Shown here: positions 1-10,700 of the stretch, piece by piece
How the letters are laid out: each line of letters begins with the position of its first letter
Position numbering within the stretch: position 1 is the first letter of the stretch
Source of the DNA: Balanoglossus misakiensis
Taxonomy: Eukaryota; Animalia; Hemichordata
Length of the DNA: 64,000 nt
Direction: 5' to 3'
Assembly: GCA_040954595.2 (NCBI GenBank)
Contig: CM082582.2
Location: forward strand, 372,001-436,000
Made by a program: the position numbers and the translations under genes
The notes under the pieces: model-generated
The model's input: the letters and a program-made list of their open reading frames with translations, nothing else
Told to the model about the DNA's origin: nothing
Database searches by the model: none

Positions 1-109
1 ATGCAGTCCTACCCGAACAAATGTCGAGTGTTGACCCGCTGTGACTTTCCCTCTTCGGTTTGCCCGACTTAGCCAACGTCTTTGTACTAATGTGTCGGGT
101 CTTTTGCAG

Positions 110-955
110 AGCCAGGCCGAAGGAAATCCGACTTGATCACCGTTGCTAACGAACGCTAGTGTCTGTCATGGTGTGCCGGGGTTTTAGAAGAGCCAGGCCG
201 TAGGAGATCTGACTTGATCATCGTGGTCAATGTACGCGTGTTTCCGCTCTAAAGTGCCGGGGCTTCAGCTAAACCATGCCGTAGGAAATCCGACGTAATC
301 ACCGTTGATAACTTACGGCAGTCTGTGTCATATAGAGCCGGTGCACCAGCCGAATCACGCCGTAGGAAATCTGACTTGATCAACGTGGTCAATGTACGCC
401 TGTTTCTGCTCTAGAGTGCCGGGGCTTCAGCTGAGCCAGGCCGTAGGAAACCCGACGTGATTACCGTTGTTAACTTACGCCAGTCTGTGTCCTATATATA
501 GTGCCGGGGCATCAGCCGTGCCAGGCCGAAGGAAATGTGAGTAGATCAACGTGGTCTCTGTACGCGTGTTTCTGCTCTAGAGTGCCGGGGCTTTATCCAA
601 GCCATGCCGTAGAAAATCTGACTTGATCACCGTTGCTAACGTACGATAGTGTCTGTCATAGTGTGCCGGGGTTTTAGTCGAGCCAAGCCGTAGGAGATCA
701 GACTTCATCAACGTGGTCTCTGTACGCGTGTTTCTGCTCTAGAGTGCCGGGGCTTTATCCAAGCCATGCCGTAGAAAATCTGACTTGATCACCGTTGCTA
801 ACGTACGCTAGTGTCTGTCATATTGTGACGGAGATTTAGCCGAGCCAGGCCGTAGAAAAATCGACTTGTTCAACGTTACCAGTGTGCAACTGTTTCTGCT
901 CTAGAGTGTCAGGGTTTTAGCCGACTTATGCTGTAGGAAATCTGAGTTGATGAAC
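110..955 (+). repeat. Representative GC-rich domain: 81-bp subrepeats alternating as A/B types (162-bp dimer)
   Basis: The core ccg(t/a)ag starts at 117, 198, 279, 360, 441, 526, 607, 688, 769, 850 and 931 (ctgtag variant). All spacings are 81 bp except one of 85. Cores are followed alternately by ..caccgttg(c/a)taac.. and ..ca(a/t)cgtggtc(aa/tc)tgtacgc.. Confidence 0.95.
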
Positions 956-959
956 GGGA

Positions 960-1900
960 ATTCAATGTTAGAAAACCCGTGTGGAAAGTATCTCTACCCG
1001 TTTGGAACTATGAAAAGAATTTATTCTTATTTATTTTGTGAAACAAGACAATTTTTCGAAAAAAAGTCGAAAATGGTAATTTTGTCTTGGGTGATTCAAA
1101 TTATACCACATTTTCTGGAATTTGCAGCACTTTTTACAAGAGAACGACACTTCATGCGCCATAATATTTCCGAAAATGAAGAAAAGAGTTTATTTTTTAT
1201 GATTTTTTAAAAATGTACCATTTTGTCAAAATATGGCCAAAATGGCTATTTTTTCTTGAATTCCGTCAATATCTCTGCATTTTTGGAGTGGTCGAAAGTT
1301 TTAACATACAATCAACATGTCATATATGATCAGGGCACCAAATTCGAAGAACGAAGGTTGTTTTATTTTATTTTTCTAAAAATGACATTTTCAAGGAAAA
1401 TTTGGTAAAACGCAATTTTGTCTGCAGTGAGCCAAATTAGACGGTCTTTTGTGGAATTTGTATCGATATATATATACGAAGAGCATTCTATACTCCATCA
1501 GATTTCCGAAAATGTAGAAAACAGGTATTTTTTGTAATTTTCAAAAATTTACCATTTTGACCAAATTGTGGTTAAAATTGTTATTTTTGTGTTGAATGCC
1601 GCCAGTGTCACTGCTTTTAAAAGTCATAAAAACTTTTAACATGCAAGCAATTGCTTATATATGATCAGGCCACCGAATTAAAAAAATAAAGAATGTTTTG
1701 CCTAAAAATGACCTTTTTGGTGCAAAAACGAATAAAACGCAATTTTGTATTAAATCAGCCTCTTCAGAGTGCATTTTTTATAATCAGCACCATTTTTACA
1801 TATATTGGAAATTTCATACATCATCAGATATCCAAATATGAAAAAATGATTTAGATTTAAGATGATTGTCCAAAATTAGCTGATATCTAATAAATGTAGT
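960..1900 (+). repeat. Representative AT-rich domain: degenerate ~167-bp subrepeats organised as ~335-bp dimers (~2.8 dimers)
   Basis: atttccgaaaatg(a/t)agaaaa at 1167 and 1502 with a degenerate copy at ~1828; atatatgatcagg at 1322 and 1656; taaaacgcaattttgt at 1406 and 1733. A weaker half-period motif (aaaa-tgg/cgc/ttg..attt) lies at 1070, 1239, 1407, 1574, 1734. Confidence 0.8.
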
Positions 1901-2150
1901 ATTGAACCGTTCTGTCCCCCCCTACATTATATGCGGTACGCCGATGTCAGCTTACCCGGCAGTACTGCAGGCCGTGCCCCCAAATAACGTCGGTGTGTGA
2001 AACGCCCTGGTTAAATTCGGGCTTTCTCTATAAATTAACAGGCAATAATGCAGTCCTACCCGAACAAATGTCGAGTGTTGACCCGCTGTGACTTTCCCTC
2101 TTCGGTTTGCCCGACTTAGCCAACGTCTTTGTACTAATGTGTCGGGTCTT
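1900..2150 (+). other. Representative linker of the unit (not internally repeated), with variable poly-C tract and a near-palindrome
   Basis: gaaccgttctg(t)(C)n tacatta...; C run is 7 nt at 1916-1922, 17 nt at 3962-3978 and 16 nt at 16659-16674. ccggcagtactgcagg (1956-1971) is a 16-bp palindrome with one mismatched pair. Confidence 0.8.
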
Positions 2151-5100
2151 TTGCCGAGCCAGGCCGAAGGAAATCCGACTTGATCACCGTTGCTAACGAA
2201 CGCTAGTGTCTGTCGTGGTGTGCCGGGGTTTTAGTCGAACCAGGCCGTAGGAAATCTGACTTGATCAACGTGGTCAATGTACGCGTGTTTCCGCTCTAAA
2301 GTGCCGGGGCTTCAGCTAAACCATGCCGTAGGAAATCCGACGTAATCACCGTTGATAACTTACGCCAGTCTGTGTCATATAGAGCCGGTGCACCAGCCGA
2401 ATCACGCCGTAGGAAATCTGACTTGATCAACGTGGTCAATGTACGCCTGTTTCTGCTCTAGAGTGCCGGGGCTTCAGCTGAGCCAGGCCGTAGGAAACCC
2501 GACGTGATTACCGTTGTTAACTTACGCCAGTCTGTGTCCTATATATAGTGCCGGGGCATCAGCCGTGCCAGGCCGAAGGAAATGTGAGTAGATCAACGTG
2601 GTCTCTGTACGCGTGTTTCTGCTCTAGAGTGCCGGGGCTTTATCCAAGCCATGCCGTAGAAAATCTGACTTGATCACCGTTGCTAACGTACGATAGTGTC
2701 TGTCATAGTGTGCCGGGGTTTTAGTCGAGCCAAGCCGTAGGAGATCAGACTTCATCAACGTGGTCTCTGTACGCGTGTTTCTGCTCTAGAGTGCCGGGGC
2801 TTTATCCAAGCCATGCCGTAGAAAATCTGACTTGATCACCGTTGCTAACGTACGCTAGTGTCTGTCATATTGTGACGGAGATTTAGCCGAGCCAGGCCGT
2901 AGAAAAATCGACTTGTTCAACGTTACCAGTGTGCAACTGTTTCTGCTCTAGAGTGTCAGGGTTTTAGCCGACTTATGCTGTAGGAAATCTGAGTTGATGA
3001 ACGGGAATTCAATGTTAGAAAACCCGTGTGGAAAGTATCTCCTCCCGTTTGAAACTAAGAAAAGAATTTATTCTTATTCATTTTGTTAAAAAGACAATTT
3101 TTCGAAAAAAAGTCGAAAATGGTAATTTTGTCTTGGGTGATTCAAATTATACCACCTTTTCTGGAATTTGCAGCACTTTTTACAAGAGAACGACACTTCA
3201 TGCTCCATAATATTTCCGAAAATGAAGAAAATAGTTAATTTTTTATGATTTTTTAAAAATTTACCATTTTTGTCAAAATATGGCCAAAATGGCTATTTTT
3301 TCTTGAATTCCGTCAATATCTCTGCATTTTTGGAGTGGTCGAAAGTTTTAACATACAATCAACATGTCATATATGATCAGGGCACCACATTTGAAGAACA
3401 AAGGTTTTTTTATTTTTTTTTCTAAAAATGACATTTTCAAGGAAAATTTGGTAAAACGCAATTTTGTCTGCAGTGAGCCAAATTAGACGGTCTTTTGTGG
3501 AATTTGTATCGATATATACATACGAAGAGCATTCTATACTCCATCAGATTTCCAAAAATGTAGAAAACAGGTATTTTTTGTAATTTTCAAAAATTTACCA
3601 TTTTGACCAAATTGTGGCTAAAATTGTTATTTTCGTGTTGAATGCCGCCAGTGTCACTGCTTTTAAAAGTCATAAAAACTTTTAACATACAAGCAATTGT
3701 TTATATATGATCAGGTCACCGAATTAAAAAAATAAAGAATGTTTTGCCTAAAAATGACCTTTTTGGTGCAAAAACGAATAAAACGCAATTTTGTATTAAA
3801 TCAGCTTATTCAGAGTGCATTTTTTATAATCAGCACCATTTTTACATATAATGGAAATTTCATACATCATCAGATATCCAAATATGAAAAAATGATTTAG
3901 ATTTTAGATGATTGTCCAAAAGTAGCTGATATCTAATAAATATAGTATTGAACCGTTCTGTCCCCCCCCCCCCCCCCCTACATTAAATGCGGTACGCCGA
4001 TGTCAGCTTACCCGTCAGTACTGCAGGCCGTGCCCACAACTAACGTCGGTGTTTGAAACGCCCTGGTTAAATTCGGGCTTTCTCTATAAATTGACAGGCA
4101 ATATTGTAGTCCTACCGGAACAAATGTCGAGTGTTGACCCGCTGTGACTTTCCCTCTTCGGTTTGCCCGACTTAGCCAACGTCTTTGTACTAGAGTGTCG
4201 GGTGTTTTGCAGAGCCAGGCCGCAGGAAATCCGACTTGATCACCGTTGCTAACGAACGCTAGTGTCTGTCATGGTGTGCCGGGGTTTTAGTCGAGCCAGG
4301 CCGTAGGAGATCTGACTTGATCATCGTGGTCAATGTACGCGTGTTTCCGCTCTAAAGTGCCGGGGCTTCAGCTAAACCAGGCCGTTGGAAATCCGACGTA
4401 ATCACCGTTGATAACTTACGCCAGTCTGTGTCATATAGAGCCGGTGCACCAGCCGAGTCACGCCGTAGGAATCTAATTTGATCAACGTGGTCAATGTACG
4501 CCTGTTTCTGCTCTAGAGTGCCGGGGCTTCAGCTGAGCCAGGCCGTAGGAAACCCGACGTGATTACCGTTGTTAACTTACGCCAGTCTGTGTCCTATATA
4601 TAGTGCGGGGCATCAGCCGTGCCAGGCCTAAGGAAATGTGAGTAGATCAATGTGGTCTCTGTACGCGTGTTTCTGCTCTAGAATGCCAGGGCTTTAGCCA
4701 AGCCATGCCGTAGGAAATCTGAATTGATCAACGTTGCTAACGAACGCTAGTGTCTGTCATAGTGTGCCGGGGTTTTAGTCGAGCCAAGCCGTAGGAGATC
4801 TGACTTGATCATCGTGGTCAATGTACGCGTGTTTCCGCTCTAAAGTGCCGGGGCTTGAGCTAAACCAGGCCGTAGGAAATCCGACGTAATCACCGTTGAT
4901 AACTTACGCCAGTCTGTGTCATATAGAGCCGGTGCACCAGCCGAGTCACGCCGTAGGAATCTGATTTGATCAACGTGGTCAATGTACGCCTGTTTCTGCT
5001 CTAGAGTGCCGGGGCTTCAGCTGAGCCAGGCCGTAGGAAACCCGACGTGATTACCGTTGTTAACTTACGCAAGTCTGTGTCCTATATATACTGCCGGGGC

Positions 5101-7641
5101 ATCAGCCGTGCCAGGCCGAAGGAAATGTGAGTAGATCAACGTGGTTTCTGTACGCGTGTTTCTGCTCTAGAGTGCCAGGGCTTTAGCCAAGCTAAAGGAA
5201 ATCTGACTTGATCAACGTTGCTAACGAACGCTAGTGTCTGTCATATTGTGACGGAGATTTAGCCGAGCCAGGCCGTAGAAAAATCGACTTGTTCAACGTT
5301 ACCAGTGTGCAACTGTTTCTGCTCTAGAGTGTCAGGGTTTTAGCCGACTTATGCTGTAGGAAATCTGAGTTGATGAATGGGAATTCAATGTTTAAAAACC
5401 TGTGTGGAAAGTGTCTCTACCCTTTTGAAACTAAGAAAAGAATTTATTCTTATTTATTTTGAAAAAATCACAATTTTTCGAAAAAAAGTCGAAAATGGTA
5501 ATTTTGTCATGGGTGATTCAAATTATACCGCTTTTTCTGGAATTTGCAGCACTTTTTACAAGAGAACGACACTTCATGCTCCATAATATTTCCGAAAATG
5601 AAGAAAAGAGTTAATTTTTTATGATTTTTTAAAAATTTACAATTTTTGTCAAAATATGGCCAAAATGGCTATTTTTTCTTGAATTCCGTCAATATCTCTG
5701 CATTTTTGGAGTGGTCGAAAGTTTTAACATACAATCAACATGTCATATATGATCAGGGCACCAAATTCGAAGAACAAAGGTTTTTTTTTATTTTTTTTTC
5801 TAAAAATGACATTTTCAAGGAAAATTTGGTAAAACGCAATTTTGTCTGCAGTGAGCCAAATTGGCCGTTTTTTTGTGGAATTTGTATCGATATATGTATA
5901 CGAAGAGCATTCTATACTCCATCAGATTTCCGAAAATGTAGAAAACAGGTATTTTTTGTAATTTTCAAAAATTTACCATTTTGACCGAATTGTGGCTAAA
6001 ATTGTTATTTTCGCGTTGAATGCCGCCAGTGTCACTGCTTTTAAAAGTCATTAAAACTTTTAACATACAAGCAATTGTTTATATATGATAAGGTCACCGA
6101 ATTAAAAAAATAAAGAATGTTTTGCCTAAAAATGACCTTTTTGGTGCAAAAACGAATAAAACGCAATTTTGTATTAAATCAGCTCATTCAGAGTGCATTT
6201 TTTATAATCAGCACCATTTTTACATATAATGGAAATTTCATACATCATCAGATATCCAAATATGAAAAAATGATTTAGATTTTAGATGATTGTCCAAAAG
6301 TAGCTGATATCTAATAAATGTAGTATTGAACCGTTCTGTCCCCCCCCCCCCTACATTACATGCGGTACGCCGATGTCAGCTTACCCATCAGTACTGCAGG
6401 CCGTGCCCACAACTAACGTCGGTGTTTGAAACGCCCTGGTTAAATTCGGGCTTTCTCTATAAATTGACAGGCAATAATGTAGTCCTACCGGAACAAATGT
6501 CGAGTGTTGACCCGCTGTGACTTTCCCTCTTCGGTTTGCCCGACTTAGCCAACGTCTTTGTACTAGAGTGTCGGGTCGTTTGCAGAGCCAGGCCGAAGGA
6601 AATCCGACTTGATCACCGTTGCTAACGAACGCTAGTGTCTGTCATGGTGTGCCGGGGTTTTAGTCGAGCCAGGCCGTAGGAGATCTGACTTGATCATCGT
6701 GGTCAATGTACGCGTGTTTCCGCTCTAAAGTGCCGGGGCTTCAGCTAAACCAGGCCGTAGGAAATCCGACGTAATCACCGTTGATAACTTACGCCAGTCT
6801 GTGTCATATAGAGCCGGTGTACCAGCCGAGTCACGCCGTAGGAAATCTTACTTGATCAACGTGGTCAATGTACGCCTGTTTCTGCTCTAGAGAGCCGGGG
6901 CTTCAGCTGAGCCAGGCCGTAGGAAACCCGACGTGATTACCGTTGTTAACTTACGCCAGTCTGTGTCCTATATATAATGCCGGGGCATCAGCCGTGCCAG
7001 GCCGAAGGAAATGTGAGTAGATCAACGTGGTCTCTGTACGCGTGTTTCTGCTCTAGAGTGCCAGGGCTTTAGCCAAGCCATGCCGTAGAAAATCTGACTT
7101 GATCACCGTTGCTAACGAACGCTAGTGTCTGTCATAGTGTGCCGGGGTTTTAGTCGAACCAAGCCGTAGGAGATCAGACTTGATCAACGTGGTCTCTGTA
7201 CGCGTGTTTCTGCTCTGGAGTGCCGGGGCTTTATCCAAGCCATGCCGTAGAAAATCTGACTTGATCACCGTTGCTAACCTACGCTAGTGTCTGTCATATT
7301 GTGACGGAGATTTAGCCGAGCCAGGCCGTAGAAAAATCGACTTGTTCAACGTTACCAGTGTGCAACTGTTTCTGTTCTAGAGTGTCAGGGTTTTAGCCGA
7401 CTTGTAGGAAATCTGAGTTGATGAACGGGAATTCAATGTTAGAAATCCGTGTGGAAAGTATCTCTACCCGTTTGGAACTAAGAAAAGAATTTATTCTTAT
7501 TTATTTTGTAAAAAAACAATATTTCGAAAAAAAGTCGAAAATGGTAATTTTGTCTTGGGTGATTCAAATTATACCGCCTTTTCTGGAATTTGCAGCACTT
7601 TTTACAAGAGAACGACACTTCATGCTCCATAATATTTCCGA

Positions 7642-7711
7642 AAATGAAGAAAAGAGTTAATTTTTTATGATTTTTTAAATGAAGAAAAGAGTTAATTTTT
7701 TATGATTTTTT
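7642..7711 (+). repeat. 35-bp local tandem duplication in the AT domain (shared with the next unit at ~9730-9800)
   Basis: aaatgaagaaaagagttaattttttatgatttttt occurs twice, followed by a small aaatttc/aaattt duplication. This accounts for most of the extra length in the 2088-bp periods at 7418-9506-11594. Confidence 0.9.
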
Positions 7712-10700
7712 AAAATTTCAAATTTACCATTTTTGTCAAAATATGGCCAAAATGGCTATTTTTTCTTGAATTCCGTCAATATCTCAGCATTTTTGGAGTG
7801 GTCGAAAGTTTTAACATACAATCAACATGTCATATATGATCAGGCACTAAATTCGAAGAACAAAGGTTTTTTATTTTTTTTTCTAAAAATGACATTTTCA
7901 AGGAAAATTTGGTAAAACGCAATTTTGTCTGAAGTGAGCAAAATTAGACGGTCTTTTGTGGAATTTGTATCGATATATACATACGAAGAGCATTCTATAC
8001 TCCATCAGATTTCCGAAAATGTAGAAAACAGGTATTTTTTGTAATTTTCAAAAATTTACCATTTTGACCGAATTGTGGCTAAAATTGTTATTTTCGTGTT
8101 GAATGCCGCCAGTGTCACTGCTTTTAAAAGTCATAAAAACTTTTAACATACAAGCAATTGTTTATATATGATAAGGTCACCGTATTAAAAAAATAAAGAA
8201 TGTTTTGACTAAAAATGACCTTTTTGGTGCAAAAACGAATAAAACGCAATTTTGTATTAAATCAGCTCATTCAGAGTGCATTTTTTATAATCAGCACCAT
8301 TTTTACATATAATGGAAATTTCATACATCATCAGATATCCAAATATGAAAAAATGATTTAGATTTTAGATGATTGTCCAAAAGTAGCTGATATTTAATAA
8401 ATGTAGTATTGAACCGTTCTGTCCCCCCCCCCCCTACATTACATGCGGTACGCCGATGTCAGCTTACCCATCAGTACTGCAGGCCGTGCCCACAACTAAC
8501 GTCGGTGATTGAAACGCCCTGGTTAAATTCGGGCTTTCTCTATAAATTGACAGGCAATAATGTAGTCCTACCATTACAAATGTCGAGTGTTGACCCGCTG
8601 TGACTTTCCCTCTTCGGTTTGCCCGACTTAGCCAACGTCTTTGTACTAGAGTGTCGGGTGTTTTGCAGAGCCAGGCCGAAGGAAATCCGACTTGATCACC
8701 GTTGCTAACGAACGCTAGTGTCTGTCATGGTGTGCCGGGGTTTTAGTCGAGCCAGGCCGTAGGAGATCTGACTTGATTATCGTGGTCAATGTACGCGTGT
8801 TTCCACTCTAAAGGGCCGGGGCTTCAGCTACACCAGGCCGTAGGAAATCCGACGTAATCACCGTTGATAACTTACGCCAGTCTGTGTCATATAGAGCCGG
8901 TGCACCAGCCGAGTCACGCCGTAGGAAATCTTACTTGATCAACGTGGTCAATGTACGCCTGTTTCTGCTCTAGAGTGCCGGGGCTTCAGCTGAGCCAGGC
9001 CGTGGGAAACCCGACGTGATTACCGTTGTTAACTTACGCCAGTTTGTGTCCTATATATAGTGCCGGGGCATCAGCCGTGCCAGGCCGAAGGAAATGTGAG
9101 TAGATCAACGTGGTCTCTGTACGCGTGTTTCTGCTCTAGAGTGCAAGGGCTTTAGCCAAGCCATGCCGTAGGAAATCTGACTTGATCAACGTTGCTAACG
9201 AACGCTAATGTCTGTCATAGTGTGCCGGGGTTTTAGTCGAGCCAAGCCGTAGGAGATCAGACTTGATCAACGTGGTCTCTGTACGCGTGTTTCTGCTCTA
9301 GAGTGCCGGGGCTTTATCCAAGCCATGCCGTAGAAAATCTGACTTGATCACCGTTGCTAACGGACGCTAGTGTCTGTCATATTGTGACGGAGATTTAGCC
9401 GAGCCAGGCCGTAGAAAAATCGACTTGTTCAACGTTACCAGTGTGCAACTGTTTCTGCTCTAGAGTGTCAGGGTTTTAGCCGACTTATGCTGTAGGAAAT
9501 CTGAGTTGATGAACGGGAATTCAATGTTAGAAATCCGTGTGGAAAGTATCTCTACCCGTTTGGAACTAAGAAAAGAATGTATTCTTATTTATTTTGTAAA
9601 AAAACAATATTTCGAAAAAAAGTCGAAAATGGTAATTTTGTCTTGGGTGATTCAAATTATACCGCCTTTTCTGGAATTTGCAGCACTTTTTACAAGAGAA
9701 CGACACTTCATGCTCTATAATATTTCCGAAAATGAAGAAAAGAGTTAATTTTTTATGATTTTTTAAATGAAGAAAAGAGTTAATTTTTTATGATTTTTTA
9801 AAATTTCAAATTTACCATTTTTGTCAAAATATGGCCAAAATGGCTATTTTTTCTTGAATTCCGTCAATATCTCAGCATTTTTGGAGTGGTCGAAAGTTTT
9901 AACATACAATCAACATGTCATATATGATCAGGCACTAAATTCGAAGAACAAAGGTTTTTTATTTTTTTTTCTAAAAATGACATTTTCAAGGAAAATTTGG
10001 TAAAACGCAATTTTGTCTGAAGTGAGCAAAATTAGACGGTCTTTTGTGGAATTTGTATCGATATATACATACGAAGAGCATTCTATACTCCATCAGATTT
10101 CCGAAAATGTAGAAAACAGGTATTTTTTGTAATTTTCAAAAATTTACCATTTTGACCGAATTGTGGCTAAAATTGTTATTTTCGTGTTGAATGCCGCCAG
10201 TGTCACTGCTTTTAAAAGTCATAAAAACTTTTAACATACAAGCAATTGTTTATATATGATAAGGTCACCGTATTAAAAAAATAAAGAATGTTTTGACTAA
10301 AAATGACCTTTTTGGTGCAAAAACGAATAAAACGCAATTTTGTATTAAATCAGCTCATTCAGAGTTCATTTTTTATAATCAGCACCATTTTTACATATAA
10401 TGGAAATTTCATACATCATCAGATATCCAAATATGAAAAAATGATTTAGATTTTAGATGATTGTCCAAAAGTAGCTGATATCTAATAAATGTAGTATTGA
10501 ACCGTTCTGTCCCCCCCCCCCCTACATTACATGCGGTACGCCGATGTCAGCTTACCCATCAGTACTGCAGGCCGTGCCCACAACTAACGTCGGTGATTGA
10601 AACGCCCTGGTTAAATTCGGGCTTTCTCTATAAATTGACAGGCAATAATGTAGTCCTACCATTACAAATGTCGAGTGTTGACCCGCTGTGACTTTCCCTC

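Noticed and set aside
110-955. CRISPR-like appearance of regularly spaced cores
   Set aside because: The intervening sequences are homologous to each other rather than unique spacers, there are no cas genes, and the L2 LINE indicates a eukaryotic context.
2041-2082. Twister-like taatgcag...gagtg in the linker
   Set aside because: The conserved P4/L4 segment (GUYNYAAGCCC-like) and the pseudoknot partners are missing.
1900-2150. Tandem RNA-gene array (5S, tRNA, snRNA, SL RNA) or rDNA spacer, given the 2-kb period and 81-bp subrepeats
   Set aside because: I could not recognise an A/B or C box, cloverleaf, Sm site in context, or rRNA sequence. The 81-bp length shared with Xenopus rDNA spacer elements looks coincidental. 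An Rfam scan would be the definitive test.
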